From an uncultured Thiomicrospira sp. (lineage in GTDB: Bacteria; Pseudomonadota; Gammaproteobacteria; CAKMZV01), in the NCBI GenBank assembly GCA_965195345.1, contig OZ239628.1:1632001-1696000 (forward strand): a stretch of DNA of 64,000 nt, in the 5' to 3' direction. Shown here piece by piece: positions 58,440 to 64,000 of this stretch (positions are counted from its first letter, which is position 1; each line of letters opens with the position of its first letter). The notes beneath the pieces were generated by a model, which was given only the letters and a program-made list of their open reading frames with translations, searched no databases and had not been told where the DNA came from. The translations under genes and the position numbers were made by a program.

Positions 58440-59105
58440 CTACTGATAATACAGTTCAACTCTGCGATTGTATTGCCAATAAATTTCTTCATGACCCGTT
58501 AGTATAGGACGCTCTTCGCCATACGTTTGAACTTCTATTCGCGAGGCGTCTACTCCTAATGTCAATAGAAAGTCTTTTACGCTTTCTGCACGCCTTTGCC
58601 CAAGCGATAGATTGTATTCTCTGGAACCACGTTCATCTGTATGTCCTTCAAGTAATACTTTTAAGTTTGTACTTTTGTTTATATATTCAGCATGTTCCCT
58701 CAAGATATTTTTACTATTATCTGTAATGGCATCGCTATCATACGAAAAATAAATCGTCGGTTCAAGCCCTATAGAACGGATTGTTTCACCACTTAGCTTA
58801 CGCCCAGAGTCCAGCTGTTCCTCTGATAATAAAAATAGCTTTTCTGGATCAACCGTTTCTCCTGCCGCTTTCGAATTCTCAATTTCATCTAGAATGGCAG
58901 CCGGCCAGTTATTCTCTAATGGATTTGCTTTAGGAGGTTCTGGTTCTGGAATAGGCTCAGGTATTAACTCTATCTCTTCTTGCTCCACTTCTGCAATTAT
59001 TTCTGCTTGAGTCGGTTCTTCTTCAATAACTTCTTCCTTTACAGGCATCGTACAACCAACAATCAAACCTAAAAGAGCTATACTGGTCAATTGAAAAAAT
59101 TTCAT
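58440..59105 (-). CDS. pal: Peptidoglycan-associated lipoprotein
   Basis: Lipobox IVGC; IYFSYD, EGHTDERGSREYNLSLGQRRA, YGEERP and NRRVEL motifs. Confidence 0.95.
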   Translation of the reverse strand: MKFFQLTSIALLGLIVGCTMPVKEEVIEEEPTQAEIIAEVEQEEIELIPEPIPEPEPPKANPLENNWPAAILDEIENSKAAGETVDPEKLFLLSEEQLDSGRKLSGETIRSIGLEPTIYFSYDSDAITDNSKNILREHAEYINKSTNLKVLLEGHTDERGSREYNLSLGQRRAESVKDFLLTLGVDASRIEVQTYGEERPILTGHEEIYWQYNRRVELYYQ

Positions 59106-59124
59106 ATAATTTTACCTTTTCCTT

Positions 59125-60414
59125 TTATAAAACTGGTGCAAGACTCCAAACTGGATCCCTCACATCACCATCAAGTGATTTTAAAACATGTCTTGATTGA
59201 CCATCTACGGTACTGATAATCAACTCCTCTCTATTCGTTACTCTGTTAACTGCAGAATAAATAAGCATTACCCCATTTGGGGCAAAAGCAGGAGACTCAT
59301 CTAAAAAGCTACTGGAGATAACCTCAAATTCATCCCTCTTCAAATCAAGTACAGAAATAAAGAACCCACCAGTTGAACGACTTATCATGGCAAGGTATTT
59401 CCCATCTTTACTTAATGAAGGGTGTGCATTGTAATTGCCTTCATGAGTAACTCTTTCAACTCGATTAGATCGTAAATCTAACTTGAAAATCTGCACCGAT
59501 CCAGAACGATTGGAGGTGAAATAAATCGCTTTATTATCTGGCGAGAATATAGCTTCTGTATCAATAGCGGGATGCTTGGTTAAGCGTTTCAACGCCTTAG
59601 TGGCATAGTCATAGGAATATATTTCAGAGTTTCCATCTTTTGATAAGGTCATGAGAATCTTTTTCCCATCATGTGACCAAGACGGAGCACTATTGATGCC
59701 GTCGTGAGATGCTATTTTTTGACGCTTAGCCGTAAACAACGACTGTACGTATATTTCTGAACGACCGTTTTCAAAGGACACATACGCAATATTTTTGCCA
59801 TCCGGAGACCATGCTGGTGAAATAATCGGTTCTGAAGACTCGAGTACGGTTGCTGATCCATGTCCATCTGAATCGGATACCTGTAACGAGTAGGTGCGTT
59901 TACCTTTCGCATCTTTTTCTACTAATACGTAAGCTATGCGGTGACTGAATACTCCAGGAATACCCACGATGCTTTCGTATACAGTGTCACTAATTAGATG
60001 AGATAACTGTCTAAATTGTTCAGGGAGAGCAGTCCATGATTTTGTCCAATTTATTTTCTTGCGTAATACATCATGTAAAGTAACGGTTACTCTATAACGT
60101 CCTTTTGTTCCCTCTTCTATCTTCCCTGTTAAGACGTTTTCAACCCCTAATAAACGATAAAATTGATAGTTAGGCTTAGTGGTTGCTTTAATTGGCTCTT
60201 TTACATTTTTAAGTTGATTTTTAAATGCACCACTACGAATCAAATCAACAAGAACGACGCCGCTTATACTGTCTTTGTGTGATTGACCCACAAATGGAAG
60301 AACAGCAATGGGTAAAGCATTTAATCCACCACCTATAATTTCAACCTGTATATCAGCTTTAGAAAAAGAACTAACACTTACCAAAAAAAATAAAATCCAA
60401 CGAAATCTATTCAT
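59125..60414 (-). CDS. tolB: Tol-Pal beta-propeller protein TolB
   Basis: PD40-like repeats (SPAWSPDG, APSWSHDG, SPAFAPNG); synteny. Confidence 0.95.
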   Translation of the reverse strand: MNRFRWILFFLVSVSSFSKADIQVEIIGGGLNALPIAVLPFVGQSHKDSISGVVLVDLIRSGAFKNQLKNVKEPIKATTKPNYQFYRLLGVENVLTGKIEEGTKGRYRVTVTLHDVLRKKINWTKSWTALPEQFRQLSHLISDTVYESIVGIPGVFSHRIAYVLVEKDAKGKRTYSLQVSDSDGHGSATVLESSEPIISPAWSPDGKNIAYVSFENGRSEIYVQSLFTAKRQKIASHDGINSAPSWSHDGKKILMTLSKDGNSEIYSYDYATKALKRLTKHPAIDTEAIFSPDNKAIYFTSNRSGSVQIFKLDLRSNRVERVTHEGNYNAHPSLSKDGKYLAMISRSTGGFFISVLDLKRDEFEVISSSFLDESPAFAPNGVMLIYSAVNRVTNREELIISTVDGQSRHVLKSLDGDVRDPVWSLAPVL

Positions 60415-60423
60415 AACCCTCTC

Positions 60424-61626
60424 CTAAGGTGTAAAGCGAAAAAGGATATTGCTTTCAAAAGTCAATAGTTCAGGCGTTCTCGGCAACGGCTCTGAACGAC
60501 GCACTGCTCTTTCAACTGACAATTGAAAACGTTCGCTGCCTACACAATCAGATAGTTTAACATCAATTATAGACCCATCAGGGTTTTGCTTAACGCGCAC
60601 ATCGCATTTCCACTGTTTTTCAACTTTCGGTGGTTTGCGCCAGTTAGCTCGAACGGTTTGTTGAATGCTCGCCACATAACTGCGTCTTAGTTTTGATAGT
60701 TGTTTTTCTTTCTCTTGCTCTAAACGCCTACGTTCTGTCGCAGCAACTCTTGCTTCTTCTTCCGCTTTTCTTTGCTGACGCGCTGCTTTCTCTGCCTGTA
60801 ATCGCTTTTGCAATTGAAGCTCTGCCAGACGTTTTTCTTCACGTTTTGCTTTTGCTAAAATTTGTTGTTGCTCTTTTTCCAATTCAAGTTTCTTCTTCTC
60901 CGATAGAGTCACATTCTTTTTAATTTCACTGAGCTTCTTCTGAGCAAGATCAACTTTATTGGTTGCACTCCTAACTAAAGAGTTAGCCTTTTTCGCTTCA
61001 TCACTCGCTTTTCTTGCTTCTATTTGAGCTTTCTTTCGCAGATTAACGGCTATTTTTGCTTCCTTCTGTGCCTTTTCTTCTTGTTTTTTTGCATTTTTAA
61101 CATTCAGCAATGCAAGCTTCTCATCTTTCTTAATTTGTACAAGTTCTTTTTTTGCTTTAACTGCTTCAGCTTTGGATTTCTTTTCCACCTGCTTTGCTTT
61201 TTTTACTTTTGCTTCTATGGACTTGAGTTTTTTCTGCTCTTTCTGTCGAGTTTTTATCAGCGACTTTTCAGTTTCTTTTAATTTTGCAACTTGCCCTAAG
61301 CGTTTTCTCTCTTCGCGTTCTTTTCTTAACTTCAATAATTTAATGTGTTTCTCAACCAAATCAGCTTGTACAACTTCTGCTTGAATCAGTGTTTTTTCAA
61401 CTGCTTCTTTCTCTTTTTGTAACTCAGATTCCTCCTGTACATCTGATGAAATTACTGGCTCACTCGATTCTTTCTTAAATAGCTTAAATGTGCTTTCTTC
61501 GGTGTAGCTGACAAGCATAAGCCCAGCAAACGATGCATGCACTATTAAAACGAGTGCAAGCACAATGGGATGTTTAAAGAGTAAAGAAAAAAATGATCGG
61601 TTGTTTCGAGTACTACTGTTCATCAT
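60424..61626 (-). CDS. tolA: TolA
   Basis: TM segment with His (LIVHASF), long K/E/A-rich helix, C-terminal TonB-C-like domain with Cys pair. Confidence 0.9.
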   Translation of the reverse strand: MMNSSTRNNRSFFSLLFKHPIVLALVLIVHASFAGLMLVSYTEESTFKLFKKESSEPVISSDVQEESELQKEKEAVEKTLIQAEVVQADLVEKHIKLLKLRKEREERKRLGQVAKLKETEKSLIKTRQKEQKKLKSIEAKVKKAKQVEKKSKAEAVKAKKELVQIKKDEKLALLNVKNAKKQEEKAQKEAKIAVNLRKKAQIEARKASDEAKKANSLVRSATNKVDLAQKKLSEIKKNVTLSEKKKLELEKEQQQILAKAKREEKRLAELQLQKRLQAEKAARQQRKAEEEARVAATERRRLEQEKEKQLSKLRRSYVASIQQTVRANWRKPPKVEKQWKCDVRVKQNPDGSIIDVKLSDCVGSERFQLSVERAVRRSEPLPRTPELLTFESNILFRFTP

Positions 61627-62047
61627 TGCTGAGACTTTCTGTCATTAATCCTACTTTCTCTATGTTCGCTTGCTTAAGCAATGCCATTACTTTCACAATA
61701 TTGCCGTATGCAGATAATTTCTCCCCTCGAATTAAAACAGGCAAATCAGGATTGAGTTGTTTCACTGCTGTAACCAAAGATAACATTTCATTGGTTTGAA
61801 TAGGTTTATTGGGATGTTCGGCAATATTGACATATAAGCTACCTTTGAAATCAACCGTAACAACAACAGGGTCCTCCGTTAAGGAATCGATTTGGCTACC
61901 AATGGTACGCGGTAAATCAACTTCCACCCCTTGCTCAATCAAAGGAGCAGTTATCATAAAAACCAATAGTAAAACCAAGGTGACATCAATATAAGGGACA
62001 ACATTGATCTCATTGAATGGTTTGCGCCGTGTTGACCTGTTATTCAT
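61613..62047 (-). CDS. tolR: TolR
   Basis: EINVVPYIDVTLVLLLVFMITAP motif. Confidence 0.95.
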   Translation of the reverse strand: MNNRSTRRKPFNEINVVPYIDVTLVLLLVFMITAPLIEQGVEVDLPRTIGSQIDSLTEDPVVVTVDFKGSLYVNIAEHPNKPIQTNEMLSLVTAVKQLNPDLPVLIRGEKLSAYGNIVKVMALLKQANIEKVGLMTESLSNDEQ

Positions 62048-62742
62048 GTTCTTTTAATCTTCAATTGTTTTTCCAATAGTCCAGAAAACTCTTCAATAAA
62101 AACATGAGAATTTTGATCGATTTCATTAAGTCGTTCACTTAATCGATTATAAAAAATAACAGCTGGGATGGCTACAAATAGTCCCATTGCGGTTGCAATC
62201 AATGCCTCAGATATGCCAGGAGCTACTAATGCTAACGTCGCATGTTTTACTTGTCCCAGCGCATGAAACGCATGTATTATCCCCCAAACAGTACCGAATA
62301 ATCCAATGTATGGTGCTGCTGTACCTATTGTTGCAAGCAAATTTAATTGCTCTTCCATCTGGTTCATCGATTGGTTAAGAGTGATTTTCATTTTTCGTAT
62401 GATTTGAGATATCAATAAATCAACATCCTGCGGTTCATCGGCATTTTGATTTTGATTCAGGATAGCATATTCATTAAAGCCAGAGAAAAAAATACTTTTG
62501 ATTCCTTGAAAATCTTGGCCTTTTGATTCTTTTTCTGCATTAAACAACTCCCAAAGGTTCTTAGAACTCCAAAATTGTTTTTCAAAAAAAAGATTCAATT
62601 TTTGCACCTTTCTATACGCACTAAATTTCAATATAGCCACGTACCAAACAATTAACGAGCATATAAGTAATGACAGCATGACAAACTGCACGATCAAAGA
62701 AGCGTCTGCCACTAGGGCAAATAAATTAAATTCTGCATTCAT
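62044..62742 (-). CDS. tolQ: TolQ
   Basis: LATIG...PYIGLFGTVWGI and VAPGISEALIATAMGL motifs. Confidence 0.95.
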   Translation of the reverse strand: MNAEFNLFALVADASLIVQFVMLSLLICSLIVWYVAILKFSAYRKVQKLNLFFEKQFWSSKNLWELFNAEKESKGQDFQGIKSIFFSGFNEYAILNQNQNADEPQDVDLLISQIIRKMKITLNQSMNQMEEQLNLLATIGTAAPYIGLFGTVWGIIHAFHALGQVKHATLALVAPGISEALIATAMGLFVAIPAVIFYNRLSERLNEIDQNSHVFIEEFSGLLEKQLKIKRT

Positions 62743-62744
62743 AA

Positions 62745-63143
62745 TTATTCAAATATTGTACGTATCGTTTCTGGAATTCTGGTGGGTCGGAAATTGCTAT
62801 TTGAAACCCATGCTATTACCACCTGAGCTTCGACTAACAGCTCACCATTATCCTTGTTCACTATTTCTTGGTCAAGATGGATTGATGATTTTAAACACTT
62901 ACTAACAAGGCATTTAACCACTAATTGATCTTCAAGGACGGCAGGTTTAAGAAAACGCATCTTCAAAGACGCAACGACCATTTTACCACCTACATCCGTG
63001 GACATTGCTTTTTGACTAATGCCTCTGCTCAACAACCATTCACTGCGCGCCCTTTCAAAATAATTTGCATACTTTGAATGATACACAACGCCTCCTGCAT
63101 CGGTGTCTTCCCAATATACTCGGACTGTAAATTCATACTTCAT
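62745..63143 (-). CDS. ybgC: Tol-pal-associated acyl-CoA thioesterase
   Basis: RVYWEDTDAGGVVYH...ERARSE motif; sits between ruvB and tolQ. Confidence 0.92.
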   Translation of the reverse strand: MKYEFTVRVYWEDTDAGGVVYHSKYANYFERARSEWLLSRGISQKAMSTDVGGKMVVASLKMRFLKPAVLEDQLVVKCLVSKCLKSSIHLDQEIVNKDNGELLVEAQVVIAWVSNSNFRPTRIPETIRTIFE

Positions 63144-63152
63144 AATCAGAGC

Positions 63153-64000
63153 TCACACTAATGTCCCCCTATCAATACCAAGGTGTTTATAGGCATGCTC
63201 CGTGGCAACACGTCCACGTGAAGTACGCATTAAAAACCCTTGTTGCACTAAATAGGGCTCAATGACATCTTCAAGCGTGCCTTTTTCCTCTCCTATGGCC
63301 GTTGCCAGCGTGTCCAATCCTACAGGACCTCCATTGAAATGCTCCACCAACACCTGCATAAAACGGCGGTCAATTTTATCCAACCCTGCGTGATCAACCT
63401 CCAACATACTCAAAGCTTGCTGAGCAACATCAACCGTAATAACACCATCGCCGAGAACCTCTGCGTAATCACGCACTCTTTTTAATAAACGATTAGCAAT
63501 TCTGGGGGTTCCGCGCGCACGTTTAGCAATTTCAATACATCCTTGTGGCAGGCACGTAATTGATAAAAGTTGAGCAGAGCGTGCTATGATCTTAGACAAT
63601 GAATCATCATCGTAAAACTCAAGACGTTGTACTATACCGAAACGATCGCGTAATGGAGAGGTCAGCAAACCTGCACGCGTTGTTGCTCCTACTAAGGTGA
63701 AAGGGGCAACCTCTATTTTCACCGATTGAGCAGCAGGACCCTCGCCGATAATAATATCAAGTTGATAATCCTCCATCGCTGGATAAAGCACTTCTTCCAT
63801 CACTGGTGATAGGCGGTGAATTTCATCAATAAATAAAATATCACCTCTATCTAATTTGGTTAGCATGGCTGCTAAATCGCCTGGTTTTTCTATAACTGGA
63901 CCTGATGTGGAATGCATGCGCGTGCCCATTTCATTTGAAATGATGTGCGCTAGTGTCGTTTTCCCAAGCCCAGGAGGACCAAACAACAAAACATGATCAA
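63153..64000 (-). CDS. ruvB: Holliday junction helicase RuvB (5' end beyond window)
   Basis: [44 protein letters not shown] and EPYL motifs. Confidence 0.97.
   Translation of the reverse strand, partial: DHVLLFGPPGLGKTTLAHIISNEMGTRMHSTSGPVIEKPGDLAAMLTKLDRGDILFIDEIHRLSPVMEEVLYPAMEDYQLDIIIGEGPAAQSVKIEVAPFTLVGATTRAGLLTSPLRDRFGIVQRLEFYDDDSLSKIIARSAQLLSITCLPQGCIEIAKRARGTPRIANRLLKRVRDYAEVLGDGVITVDVAQQALSMLEVDHAGLDKIDRRFMQVLVEHFNGGPVGLDTLATAIGEEKGTLEDVIEPYLVQQGFLMRTSRGRVATEHAYKHLGIDRGTLV

Noticed and set aside
60700-61450. Low-complexity T-rich quasi-repeats
   Set aside because: They encode the normal K/E/A-rich helix of TolA; not a DNA repeat array.
1-64000. CRISPR arrays, IS elements, rRNA, riboswitches, recoded stop codons
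   Set aside because: No regularly spaced repeats, transposases or recognisable RNA motifs found by eye. Conserved genes end at expected positions with TAA/TAG/TGA. A covariance-model scan could still find small RNAs I missed.

Overview
AT-rich, gene-dense chromosomal segment of a Gammaproteobacterium, read in the standard code 11. The lineage call is an inference from the protein types (RpoH box, TrmA, map-glnD, ruvB-ybgC-tolQRAB-pal-cpoB). The window holds about 55 CDS, nearly all housekeeping, plus tRNA-Leu(GAG) and tRNA-Phe(GAA). I see no CRISPR array, transposase, integrase, prophage or rRNA. Gene order is heavily shuffled: rpoD without dnaG, hslV without hslU/xerC, solo mraY, and rpoH behind lolCD. 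I cannot prove a new system, but these are the best candidates. (1) An accessory two-gene unit (13690-16614): a 477-aa surface lipoprotein with only one lysine plus a Lys-poor TraF_2/FadL-like outer-membrane barrel. (2) A peptidoglycan stem-trimming operon (exported MpaA-like M14, TPR-NTF2 protein, Csd6/Pgp2-like YkuD-NTF2 enzyme, AmpD; 33857-37250). (3) A ~31-residue mature lipoprotein at the bamC position that looks like only the N-terminal BamC segment. (4) An RpoH with a 60-aa acidic N-terminal extension. (5) A 23-nt bidirectional promoter that appears to drive two leaderless mRNAs (trmA/nnr). (6) A two-Cys, probably Zn-independent DksA co-oriented with folE2. All family assignments come from motif recognition by eye; no database searches were run.
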